Shown one piece after another: positions 38,837 through 47,917 of a DNA stretch of 64,000 bases; position 1 is the first letter of the stretch, and the number at the start of each line of letters is the position of its first letter. The DNA is from Patescibacteria group bacterium. GTDB taxonomy: Bacteria; Patescibacteriota; Kazan-3B-28. The notes under the pieces were generated by a model. That model was not told the DNA's origin. It saw nothing but the letters and a program-made list of their open reading frames with translations, and made no database searches. Location: NCBI GenBank assembly GCA_041649135.1, contig JBAZNQ010000001.1:227037-291036 (forward strand), in the 5' to 3' direction. A program made the position numbers and the translations under genes.

Positions 38837-39715
38837 CTATTTATAAAAAACCTTGTTTGGGATTCGTAAATCTATGTATTCCCGCGGAGTATTATCTCCC
38901 ATTTCCCTCAATACTCGCACCAAGCTATTAAGTTGATCATCCGGTGGTCGAGTCGTGTCTAAAATAATCCGCCATTTCTGATTGGTGTACATCTCCACTT
39001 CAAATGTAGTTTCCGGGATCGTAATTCGCGAAATCGTAATGTTTGTTTTTCGCGGCAAATTCGCCACAAAACTAGTCACAAATTCAATAAAGTCCGGCGC
39101 TACCACTTTTTGATTAATACTCACCGGCACATTTTTTAAATCCTCCACCATGATCAATGGGGTGTTATCACTTGCCGTATCGTAAACTACCCCGTAGCGA
39201 TTTACCAAAAACTTTTCTCCCGCCGTCTGCCACACGATCGAAGTCTGATGTTCTTTTATCACTACTGTTAATGTATTGTTAATTAAATTTTTGCGGAAAC
39301 TTACTTCGCTAATTTGAGGGATCTTCGTCAGCAATCTGCGTTTAGCCATTCCCTCTGGCCAGCTCACGGCATTCGCCCCCTTAAAGCCCTTTGGGAATAA
39401 CACTTCGGTAATCTGCTCTTCCACCGCTAAGTGGTTACCTGAAATTTTCAGTTCATCCAACCAAAAAAAACTGCTTCCAAACACCAAATACACCACTCCC
39501 ATCAGCCCCGGGATCACTAACCAGCGATACCACTTCCCACCCCGTAATTGTCCGGCTCGCCACTTCCACCGCGTCGCCTGTGACGGAGTATTTTTTTGTA
39601 ATTGTTTCCGAAACTCCATCCGGTGACGCACCGCCTCATTTTGAACTAAAGGCGCCACTCCACTAATTTTTGTGCGCCTGCTTCGTAGACTAATTCTCCC
39701 CCACTGTAATTTCAC
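38837..39715 (-). CDS. ftsQ: Cell division protein FtsQ/DivIB
   Basis: Single TM, POTRA-like region, C-terminal EYIDLRIPNKVFYK; follows murC. Confidence 0.8.
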   Translation of the reverse strand: MKLQWGRISLRSRRTKISGVAPLVQNEAVRHRMEFRKQLQKNTPSQATRWKWRAGQLRGGKWYRWLVIPGLMGVVYLVFGSSFFWLDELKISGNHLAVEEQITEVLFPKGFKGANAVSWPEGMAKRRLLTKIPQISEVSFRKNLINNTLTVVIKEHQTSIVWQTAGEKFLVNRYGVVYDTASDNTPLIMVEDLKNVPVSINQKVVAPDFIEFVTSFVANLPRKTNITISRITIPETTFEVEMYTNQKWRIILDTTRPPDDQLNSLVRVLREMGDNTPREYIDLRIPNKVFYK

Positions 39716-41085
39716 TTTGATTTTCTTAATTCTTCCAGCAATTCCCGACCCAATACATCCGCTTGACCGGCCCCCAAAGTGATTACCACATCACCTGATC
39801 GAATATTCTGCATCACAAAATCTTTTATCTCTGGGAAATCACCAACATATTGAGCATTGTGGCTGATCGCGTTAATCGCTGATACCAATTGTTCGCTATT
39901 AACCGATTTTTTATCGTCGTCCGTATCTCGCACCGCATAAATCGGCGCCACTATTACCATATCAGTATCTTTAAAACTCTCCGCGAAATCATTCATCAGC
40001 AATCGTGTTCGACTGTATTGATGGGGATGAAATACCACTATTAGTCGCCGGTTTTGGAAATACTGCCTTGCTCCCTCCAATAACGCCCGAATCTCCGTTG
40101 GATGATGAGCATAATCATCCATAAAGGTAATTCCTTTGGTCGTCCCCAAAATTTCAAATCGCCGCGCCGCGCCCTTAAATTCATCATGTAACGCATGTTC
40201 CACGGTCGCATCATCAATCCCCAATTCTCTGGCTACCGCCCACGCCAGCACCGCATTGTGTACATTATGTCGCCCCGGCACATGCAAATGAAGCCGCGAA
40301 CCATTCATCGAAAAATATAAACTCCCCTCCACGAATTCCAAATTCTTCGCCTGGATCAGGTTATCTCCGCCAAAACCAGCCCAAACCACTCTCGGCGGTT
40401 TCGCCCGTCCCACCACCTCTCGAACATTAGCATCGTCACCATTGCCGATCACTACACCGTCTTTCGGCAGTAATTTTACAAAATCTACGAACGCCTGCTT
40501 AATATCTTCCATATCTTTGTAGTAATCCAAATGATCGGCTTCGATGTTCGTTAAGACAATAATTTTCGGCCGCAAATCCATAAAGCTTCGCCCATATTCG
40601 CAGGCTTCTACTACCAACGCCGAACCACTACCCATCATAAAATTAGACTTCATTGTTCTAACTTCAGCTCCGATCAATGCGGTTGGCTCTCGGCCCGCCG
40701 CCCGCAAAATAATCGCTATCATTGTGGTGGTAGTGGTTTTCCCATGAGTTCCGCTAATCGCAATCCCGATTTTTTCTTTCATCAATTCTCCGATCACTTC
40801 TAGTCGTCTCCGAGTTGGAATTCCCAATTTCTGCGCTTGTTGAATCTCCGGATTATTTTCCGGTATCGCCGCTGAATACAACACTTCATCAATGTCTTTT
40901 GTAATATGACTGGCATCGTGACCGACAAATACCGTAATCCCCTCGGTCTCTAAATCTGGCCGAGCCTCGAAATCAGTCATATCACTCCCCGCTACCCGAT
41001 TTCCAGTCTTGCTTAACAAGCGAGCTACAGCCTGCATCCCGATCCCCCCGATCCCTACCAAAAAGTAGCTCTTGGGTTGTTTCAC
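39712..41085 (-). CDS. murC: UDP-N-acetylmuramate--L-alanine ligase
   Basis: GIGGIGM, GTHGKTTT, EACEY, DDYAHHPTEI, PHQYSRT. Confidence 0.97.
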   Translation of the reverse strand: MKQPKSYFLVGIGGIGMQAVARLLSKTGNRVAGSDMTDFEARPDLETEGITVFVGHDASHITKDIDEVLYSAAIPENNPEIQQAQKLGIPTRRRLEVIGELMKEKIGIAISGTHGKTTTTTMIAIILRAAGREPTALIGAEVRTMKSNFMMGSGSALVVEACEYGRSFMDLRPKIIVLTNIEADHLDYYKDMEDIKQAFVDFVKLLPKDGVVIGNGDDANVREVVGRAKPPRVVWAGFGGDNLIQAKNLEFVEGSLYFSMNGSRLHLHVPGRHNVHNAVLAWAVARELGIDDATVEHALHDEFKGAARRFEILGTTKGITFMDDYAHHPTEIRALLEGARQYFQNRRLIVVFHPHQYSRTRLLMNDFAESFKDTDMVIVAPIYAVRDTDDDKKSVNSEQLVSAINAISHNAQYVGDFPEIKDFVMQNIRSGDVVITLGAGQADVLGRELLEELRKSK

Positions 41086-41124
41086 CTAGCCATTATACAA
41101 GAGAAACCCTCCCCACAAGCCAAA

Positions 41125-41356
41125 CACCCCTTCTCCGCCATCGGAGGAGGGTCGTATTGAGTCAAACAAATTAGCGCAGGCGAAGGCGTTGTTTGATCCC
41201 GCCATCCCATCCACAGCATTGTGGCGAGATGGGGACCGGTCGCTTAAAGGCGACCGGCGGGAGAGTTCGCCGAGAGCGAAGAAAGCTAATTTGTTTAGAC
41301 GAACAGACCCGACGACTGGCGGGACGCTTTGGTTACTTTGGCAAGACAAAGTAACC
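41125..41356. repeat. Copy 1 of a structured non-coding dispersed element
   Basis: Shares aaattagcgcaggcgaaggcgttgtttga, cgaagaaagctaattt and ctttggttacttt blocks with 48896-49352. Confidence 0.8.
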
Positions 41357-41490
41357 GCGGTACAAGGGTCGCGCAGACCATTGAAAAGAAAAAAGAAAAT
41401 ATTATAAGATTCTGGTCAAGCCAGAATGACGAGCTTAAAGATAGCCCTCGGTTCCTCGGGGACACAAAACACAAAACCACAAAAGAAAAC

Positions 41491-42090
41491 TTATTTCACC
41501 AACTCTGCCACCACCACATATCTCTTCAAAGCCGTTCCTAATGGCCACGAGGTTTGCATGGTCAATAATTTTTGAGTCCGATCGCCCTGTGACAATACAC
41601 TCATGTCTTTCGCCTCCACTACTTTTTTGTCCCGCACCACATAACTAAATTGCCGTCCCGCTGAATTAGTAATTAAAATCTCTGCTCCAACTTCGATCCT
41701 CGGCAAAGTCGCAAACACAGTTTTGTAATTACCGTCTTTAAACGCATAATCCGAAGAATGACCAAAATAATACGCATTGCCAAATTCTCCCGGCGCCGCT
41801 GTGTTTGGATAATGTACCACCCCCTGTTCTAAACCATGTTGTACTGTTACCTCATCCGTCGCTTCCACTTCCACCAACGGTACATTCAAGCCCAGACTCG
41901 AGATTACCAACCGGTTTGGCTGATCGATCACCGTCATATCAGTCGACGTTGTGTTTAACACATCGTACAACCACCAAGCCGAAACTTGTTTGGCAAAATA
42001 ACTCCAATTTACCGCTACGATCGCTAATATCACTACCAAAGCGGTTTGCGCAACATCAATCCAAAATCGATTAATTAATTTCTTTGCCAT
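41491..42090 (-). CDS. Sortase-family protein with Ser at the catalytic Cys position
   Basis: GVVHYP..A.PGEFGN..FGHS; LTMQTSWP...KR. Confidence 0.85.
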   Translation of the reverse strand: MAKKLINRFWIDVAQTALVVILAIVAVNWSYFAKQVSAWWLYDVLNTTSTDMTVIDQPNRLVISSLGLNVPLVEVEATDEVTVQHGLEQGVVHYPNTAAPGEFGNAYYFGHSSDYAFKDGNYKTVFATLPRIEVGAEILITNSAGRQFSYVVRDKKVVEAKDMSVLSQGDRTQKLLTMQTSWPLGTALKRYVVVAELVK

Positions 42091-43192
42091 GGGCAACCTC
42101 AATTATTAATTCCGCAATCGTTCTAGCTGCTTGTCGTGAATATTGTCCAAATCGAGAAATTTTCTCCGACAGGTTCTTCCTTTTATTATTATCCATCATC
42201 AACGCACTAATTGTATTCACTAGTCCCTCACCGTTCAACAACTCTGGTGCGATCATTACCGCCGCACCATCTTTCGCTAACGCCTCGGCATTTTTGCGTT
42301 GGTGATCGTTAGCCGAACCCAGCAAAGGTATCAGGATCGCTACTTTGCCTAATACCGCTAATTCAAATATAAACGAACCTGACCGCGACACTACCAAATC
42401 TGCTTGATGTAAACCAGCCAAGAAGATATTCCGATCAAACGCAAACGGCATATAGCTATTTTTTATCTCTGGGGCTAGATTTTCTTTAATCTGATTCGCC
42501 CGTTCCATGTCCAAATTCCCGGTTTGATGCACTACGTTATATTCTCGCAATAATTTATTCAATACTTCCCAAACCGTTACATTAATTGTCTGCGCCCCCT
42601 GCGAACCACCAGTTACCAAAATCATCGGCTTATCGTTATCAAATAATTTTTCTCCTCGCCAATTTAATAATTCTTCAACCATCGGTAAACCAGTATAGAC
42701 AAATTTGTCAGCATATTTACCTAAATTAGACGCATTCTGCCAATAAGTTTGGATCGGCCATGCTACGGCTAATTTTTTAGCGGATTTTAACGCCATCCGG
42801 TTAGACAATCCCAAATGACTATCCGACTCATGTACGATCACCGGGATCTCCAACTTTTTTGCCGCTAACACTACCGGTAACGATACAAATCCACCCTTAG
42901 CAAACACCACCTGCGGTTTAAATTTGCCTAATATCCTGCCGGCCTCCCAAATCCCCATCCAAAACCGAACCACATCAGCCACGTTTTCGAAACTAAAATA
43001 TCGCCGCAGTTTACCCGTCGAAATACTCCGGAAGTTAATTCCCGCCGATTCTACCAACTGCCGATCTTCAGCTCGTTTAGAGCCAATGTATAGCAACTCA
43101 ACTTCTGGCAGTTTAGCTTTTAAGGCCTTTGCGACCGCCAGCGTTGGTAAGATGTGACCACCAGTCCCCCCACCCGCCAACAAGATTTTCAT
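42071..43192 (-). CDS. murG: Undecaprenyl-PP-MurNAc-pentapeptide GlcNAc transferase
   Basis: GGGTGGH, KGGFVS, HESD, GGSQGA, HQRKNA. Confidence 0.96.
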   Translation of the reverse strand: MKILLAGGGTGGHILPTLAVAKALKAKLPEVELLYIGSKRAEDRQLVESAGINFRSISTGKLRRYFSFENVADVVRFWMGIWEAGRILGKFKPQVVFAKGGFVSLPVVLAAKKLEIPVIVHESDSHLGLSNRMALKSAKKLAVAWPIQTYWQNASNLGKYADKFVYTGLPMVEELLNWRGEKLFDNDKPMILVTGGSQGAQTINVTVWEVLNKLLREYNVVHQTGNLDMERANQIKENLAPEIKNSYMPFAFDRNIFLAGLHQADLVVSRSGSFIFELAVLGKVAILIPLLGSANDHQRKNAEALAKDGAAVMIAPELLNGEGLVNTISALMMDNNKRKNLSEKISRFGQYSRQAARTIAELIIEVAHGKEIN

Positions 43193-44297
43193 CTTTATGC
43201 GTGATTATCGTCTGTTTCGAAATATTAAGTAGAATGCCAGATGCCGCCAGAATCATCAATAGTGACGTGCCCCCCAAGCTGATAAATGGCAACGGAATAC
43301 CAGTTAATGGGAATAGCCCCACTAACGCTCCCATGTTTAATACCGCCTGATAGCCGATCCAACACGTAATCCCCAGCGCTAGCATCCGCCCGAACATATC
43401 CGGCGCTCTTCTGGCAATTAGTAATCCCCGCCAAATCACGATCGCAAATCCAATAATTAAAGCGACGCAACCGATCATCCCTAGTTCCTCACCAATTATC
43501 GCAAAAATCGAATCTGACGCCGTTTCTGGTAAAAAATTATATTTCTGTCGACTCCGACCATAACCCAGCCCGAATAATCCTCCTGAACCAATTGCCAACA
43601 AAGCTTGATTAATATGATAACCTGCTCCCAACGGGTCCGAACTCGGGTTTAAGAAAGTTAAAAATCGGCTTAACCGATATGGTTCCAGTTTGATCAGCAA
43701 GAATATTCCGCCCAAACCAGTTCCCACCAGCGCCGCTAGCTGTCCCCAAGTCGCACCAGCTACCATGTACATCGTTCCTGCCGTCAACGCCAATGACATC
43801 GCCGTTCCCAAATCCGGCTGTTGCATAATCAACAAAAATGCCACCACTAATATCATCACAAACGGTAAAAAGGTCGCATAAAAATCAGTAATTTTGTGCC
43901 CCTTATTTTCAAACCAATACGCCAAATAAACAATAATCGCTAATTTGGCAAATTCACTCGCTTGGAATGTTTGACCAGCAATGGCGATCCACCGTCGCGC
44001 TCCGCCGGATTCTACTCCGATCCCTGGGATCAATACCAGCACTAATAAAATTCCGGCAATGATCAGTAGGGTAGTCGCCCATCGCTTCCAGAAATGATAG
44101 TCCAATTTTGAAAAAAACCACCACGCAACAACTCCGGCCAGCGCAAAGCCGCTTTGTCTAAAAAAGTAAAAATTATTCGAACCAGTCGCCTGATACGATT
44201 GCACCACTGATGCCGACGACACCATCACCAATCCGAACACTACCAAAATAATGGTGGTAATTGCTAAATAATAATCTTGTTTGTGGTAAGCCCTCAT
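43113..44297 (-). CDS. ftsW: Peptidoglycan polymerase FtsW
   Basis: GARRW, QASEFAK, QPDLG, PLTGIPLPFISLGG. Confidence 0.95.
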   Translation of the reverse strand: MRAYHKQDYYLAITTIILVVFGLVMVSSASVVQSYQATGSNNFYFFRQSGFALAGVVAWWFFSKLDYHFWKRWATTLLIIAGILLVLVLIPGIGVESGGARRWIAIAGQTFQASEFAKLAIIVYLAYWFENKGHKITDFYATFLPFVMILVVAFLLIMQQPDLGTAMSLALTAGTMYMVAGATWGQLAALVGTGLGGIFLLIKLEPYRLSRFLTFLNPSSDPLGAGYHINQALLAIGSGGLFGLGYGRSRQKYNFLPETASDSIFAIIGEELGMIGCVALIIGFAIVIWRGLLIARRAPDMFGRMLALGITCWIGYQAVLNMGALVGLFPLTGIPLPFISLGGTSLLMILAASGILLNISKQTIITHKDENLVGGWGDWWSHLTNAGGRKGLKS

Positions 44298-44618
44298 AAA
44301 TGATAAAAAATCTAAATTCTAATCTCTAAATCCCAAACAAATTCCAAATCCTCCAGAAAATCCTAAACTCGAAATTCTAAATCCTAAACAAATTCTAAAT
44401 TCTAAATTCTAATGCTTCAAACGTTTTCTCTGTCATTCCCGCTCTCTTCTTCGTCATTCCCGCGTAGGCGGGAATCCAGACAGAAACAGAAAAAAGTTTT
44501 TGTTTGTTTTGCTTTCTGGATCCTCCGGTCAAGCCGGAGGATGACGAGTTTTATTTTAATCATTGGTATTTCGTGCTTCGGATTTGTTTAGTATTTCGAA
44601 TTTATTCACCCATCATCT

Positions 44619-46088
44619 TCAAAGATTATCAACTATTCTTTTAAATTGTTCACCTCTATCATAAGCATCTTTGAACATATCAAAACTGGCACAAGCGGGG
44701 GACAAAATTACTGCTCCACCATTTTTTACTTTCGCATAAGCTACTTTTACAGCCTCATCAAACTTCGCCACAATTTTCACCGGCGTAAACGGAGTATGTT
44801 TTTTAAATACTGCTTTAAATTTCTTCGCCGACTGGCCTATCAATGCCACAAATTTAACATCCGACTTAGCCACAATTTTTGCTAATTGCTTAATATCCCC
44901 ACCCTTATACACTCCACCAACAATCAACGCTTTTGGCATATCAGCAAAAGCCAATACTGCCGCCGCAGCCGCCTCTGGCGTAGTCCCTAAGGAATCATTT
45001 ATAAATACCGTTTTCCCGATCGTTCGCACAATTTCCAGTCGGTGATGTAATGGTTTAAACGCCTTTAACCTCTGCTCAATTCTTTTTATTGGCGCACCCG
45101 CCACGATCGCCGCTGCTATGGCTGGCAACACATTTTGGATGTTATGTTCACCCCGCAACTTGATCGCCGATACTGGTGCCACTACCTGTCGGCGACCAGT
45201 TTTTATATCCCGATAAATTATCTCGTCGTCAGTCAGATACACACCATGTCTCAAAATCTGTTTGGTCGATACCGGACAAATCTTCCCTTTGGTTTGTTGT
45301 AAAGCAATTCTGGTTGGTCCGAAATCCTTTGATGCCACCAAAATATCCGACTTTTTCTGGTATTTATAAATATTCTGCTTGGCAGCTAAATATTTCCCCA
45401 TTGTCTTGTGCCGGTCCAAATGTTCTGGCACCACATTTAACAAAACCGCAATCTGTGGACTCCTGTTCAAATCTTCCAGTTGAAAACTGGATAATTCCAA
45501 CACCACCACATCAATTTTTTTCAATTTTGCCAGCAGGGGAATGGGGGAGTGGCCAATATTACCCGCCAAGTAAATTCTTGCCTTATTATGAGTTCCCGAG
45601 CTCGCCGAGGAACTACCTTTAAGCAGATGGTAAATCAGACTGGTGGTGGTTGATTTCCCCTTCGTTCCTGTCACCCCCACTATCTTTGCCGGACAAAGTT
45701 CAAAAAATAGGCGAGTCGTACTGCTAATTTCCACACCCGTTCTCGTTGCTTTCTTAAATTCTTTTTGTTGCAAAGAAATCCCCGGACTTCTAAACACAAT
45801 TTGAAAATCCGTCAAATTTTGAAGATAATCCCCGCCCAACCGAAAATCCGCACCTAGTTTTTTCGCTTCCAAATACCGCGCTCCTAGTGCCTGCCGGTTA
45901 GCCCCGTCCAACACCGTAACATTGGCTCCTTGTCTAATTAAAAATCTGACGAGCTCCATCCCCTCGCGCCCAAGTCCAATTACCGCTGTTTGCTTCCCTT
46001 GTAACCCCGAGCGAAGCCGCCTGCCCGTCGTAGCCTTGGCGTAGTCGGGAGGGGCAACCTTATTGCCCTGTAAACCATTTTTTACCAT
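44619..46088 (-). CDS. murD: UDP-MurNAc-L-Ala--D-Glu ligase
   Basis: GTKGKSTT, ELSSFQL, INDS..T, LSPACASFD. Confidence 0.96.
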   Translation of the reverse strand: MVKNGLQGNKVAPPDYAKATTGRRLRSGLQGKQTAVIGLGREGMELVRFLIRQGANVTVLDGANRQALGARYLEAKKLGADFRLGGDYLQNLTDFQIVFRSPGISLQQKEFKKATRTGVEISSTTRLFFELCPAKIVGVTGTKGKSTTTSLIYHLLKGSSSASSGTHNKARIYLAGNIGHSPIPLLAKLKKIDVVVLELSSFQLEDLNRSPQIAVLLNVVPEHLDRHKTMGKYLAAKQNIYKYQKKSDILVASKDFGPTRIALQQTKGKICPVSTKQILRHGVYLTDDEIIYRDIKTGRRQVVAPVSAIKLRGEHNIQNVLPAIAAAIVAGAPIKRIEQRLKAFKPLHHRLEIVRTIGKTVFINDSLGTTPEAAAAAVLAFADMPKALIVGGVYKGGDIKQLAKIVAKSDVKFVALIGQSAKKFKAVFKKHTPFTPVKIVAKFDEAVKVAYAKVKNGGAVILSPACASFDMFKDAYDRGEQFKRIVDNL

Positions 46089-46095
46089 AGCCCTA

Positions 46096-47079
46096 TTATA
46101 CCCCGACCCGTCTCCGCAGATGATAAGTATCTCCATGCTTTAACAACCCGGTATACGAAGCCACCACCTCTTGTTTAGGATTTTTTGCCAGCTTCCGAAT
46201 TGTTCTGCGTTTCGTGGTCGTCCGAATTTGTCGGTGATACGGAAAATGCACCCATCCCAAAAAATCTATCCCCGAAGCCATTGTGCTAATCGACACCTTA
46301 TTTGGATGTAATTCTAGTTTTAAAACCACCTTCAAATAATTCTGAATTTCAAACAATATTTGTTCAAGCCACACCTTATTATCTGACAACACTACAAAAT
46401 CGTCTGCATATCGAATGTAGTGTTTGATTTTGAGCTGATGTTTAACAAACTGGTCAAATTCATCCATATAAATGTTCACCAAAAGCTGCGATGTCAGATT
46501 ACCCAACGGCAACCCTTTACCAACTCCCGTGCTAGTAAAACTTTCTACGATGTTCCGCAACAGCCAAATAATATTTTGGTCTGGAATATATTGAACCAAA
46601 ATATCTATCAATATTTTGTGGTCAATCGACGCAAAAAATTTTCTAATGTCGCCCTTCAACACCCAAACCGTCCGAGTATGATTACAACTAACCTGTCTGG
46701 CAAAATGTCTCAATCGATCCAATGCTCGATGTGTTCCCTTGCCCCTACGACAAGAAAAAGAGTCTGCTATAAAAGTAGTGTCAAAAAACGGATATAGCAT
46801 TCTGTATACCGCATGATGCAGCAATCTATCGCATACGCTAGCCTTGTGAATGTTTCTCGGTTTCGGATCAGAGATATTAAATGCTAGGTACTCCCCATGC
46901 CGATAAGTCCTATTGCGCAAATCTTCATGTAAACTCCGAACATTATCCGCCAATCGATACCCAAATAATTGCACATCTGGCTTCTTGGTCTTGCCTCTAA
47001 AAAACTCCCGCCATGCTGCCAGCAAATTTTCTGGCGAGATGATATCATCATAGCTATGGACGAATTGTTTTCGACTCAT
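46096..47079 (-). CDS. DGR reverse transcriptase (327 aa from MSRKQF)
   Basis: KPRNI..DRLLH, KGTHRA, GDIRKFFASIDH, GLPLGNLTSQ, RYADD, DFLG; no maturase or endonuclease tail. Confidence 0.95.
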   Translation of the reverse strand: MSRKQFVHSYDDIISPENLLAAWREFFRGKTKKPDVQLFGYRLADNVRSLHEDLRNRTYRHGEYLAFNISDPKPRNIHKASVCDRLLHHAVYRMLYPFFDTTFIADSFSCRRGKGTHRALDRLRHFARQVSCNHTRTVWVLKGDIRKFFASIDHKILIDILVQYIPDQNIIWLLRNIVESFTSTGVGKGLPLGNLTSQLLVNIYMDEFDQFVKHQLKIKHYIRYADDFVVLSDNKVWLEQILFEIQNYLKVVLKLELHPNKVSISTMASGIDFLGWVHFPYHRQIRTTTKRRTIRKLAKNPKQEVVASYTGLLKHGDTYHLRRRVGV

Positions 47080-47120
47080 CCTTCTAAGGTTACCCCCCCC
47101 CCGAACCTCTGCAACCAAAA

Positions 47121-47468
47121 TTGGTCGCTGTGGTTCTGAAATTGAAAGATAGCTACCGAATTTGGCAGGAGTATCTCGTTCACTTTCCCAGACAAAATCG
47201 CTACACCCTCGGCACCAGAATTGACGCTGTTTTTCTTTCTGCCATTGAGTATTGCTTTCTCGCCAGTTATGCGCCGAAGGATGCAAAACTTAGCCTACTT
47301 AGTAGAACCATCTCTCAAGTTGATTTGCTCAAGCTCTTGCTTCAACTGGCCTGGGAAATCCGCGCTCTTGATAACAAAAAATATGCCCATCTCGGCGAAC
47401 ATCTCACCGAAATCGGCAGAATGCTTGGCGGTTGGAAAAAGGGACTGTTATCAAAAACTCCCGTCTAA
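47121..47468 (+). CDS. avd: Avd accessory variability determinant (four-helix bundle); true start uncertain
   Basis: FPRQNRYTLGTRID...EIGRMLGGW; lies between TR and RT. Confidence 0.88.
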   Translation: MVAVVLKLKDSYRIWQEYLVHFPRQNRYTLGTRIDAVFLSAIEYCFLASYAPKDAKLSLLSRTISQVDLLKLLLQLAWEIRALDNKKYAHLGEHLTEIGRMLGGWKKGLLSKTPV

Positions 47469-47491
47469 GATTTTAGCGGGAGAAACTTGTG

Positions 47492-47607
47492 AGTTGCAAC
47501 AAGCACGCGGTTGTCATCGTTCCACTGATTGTCGTCAAGCTGGTTCGCGTTGAAGTTCCACTGCCGGTTGTCGGAGTTCCAGTTCACGTTAGCTGCAAAG
47601 ACCTCGC
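47492..47607 (-). repeat. DGR template repeat (TR)
   Basis: 116 bp; reads EVFAANVNWNSDNRQWNFNANQLDDNQWNDDNRVLVAT with 10 AAY codons. Confidence 0.95.
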
Positions 47608-47917
47608 TTATTGTGACCAAAGCCATCCTTATCACTGCCCATTGATTACTCTTTGGGCTGTATTTTACTTGGGACATCATAAGTCCACCAACTCTGACCA
47701 CCAACTACTACTAGTTTTTGTTGAGGCAAATCAAGACACCCTTGCCCGAACCTTGGTCCGCACAAATCTCGTCATTGATTTGCTCAAAACTCTTTATCCC
47801 AGCCGTAACCGAGATAATACAAAAGTTCTGCCGTTGATTATATCAAAAAAGTCCCAAGGGCTCATCAGCATTTCTGCCGAAGAGCCCAAGGGACCAAGAG
47901 CCAAAGGACTGAAAGGA

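Noticed and set aside
43113-43192. Long same-strand overlaps (ftsW/murG 80 nt; rbfA/nrnA 74 nt) as frameshift errors
   Set aside because: Both partners retain complete conserved domains; best explained as stop-codon drift in compact operons
46096-47286. RT as group II intron, retron, or a 396-aa protein
   Set aside because: No maturase domain or intron RNA; TR/VR and avd identify a DGR; the upstream 69 codons are antisense to avd
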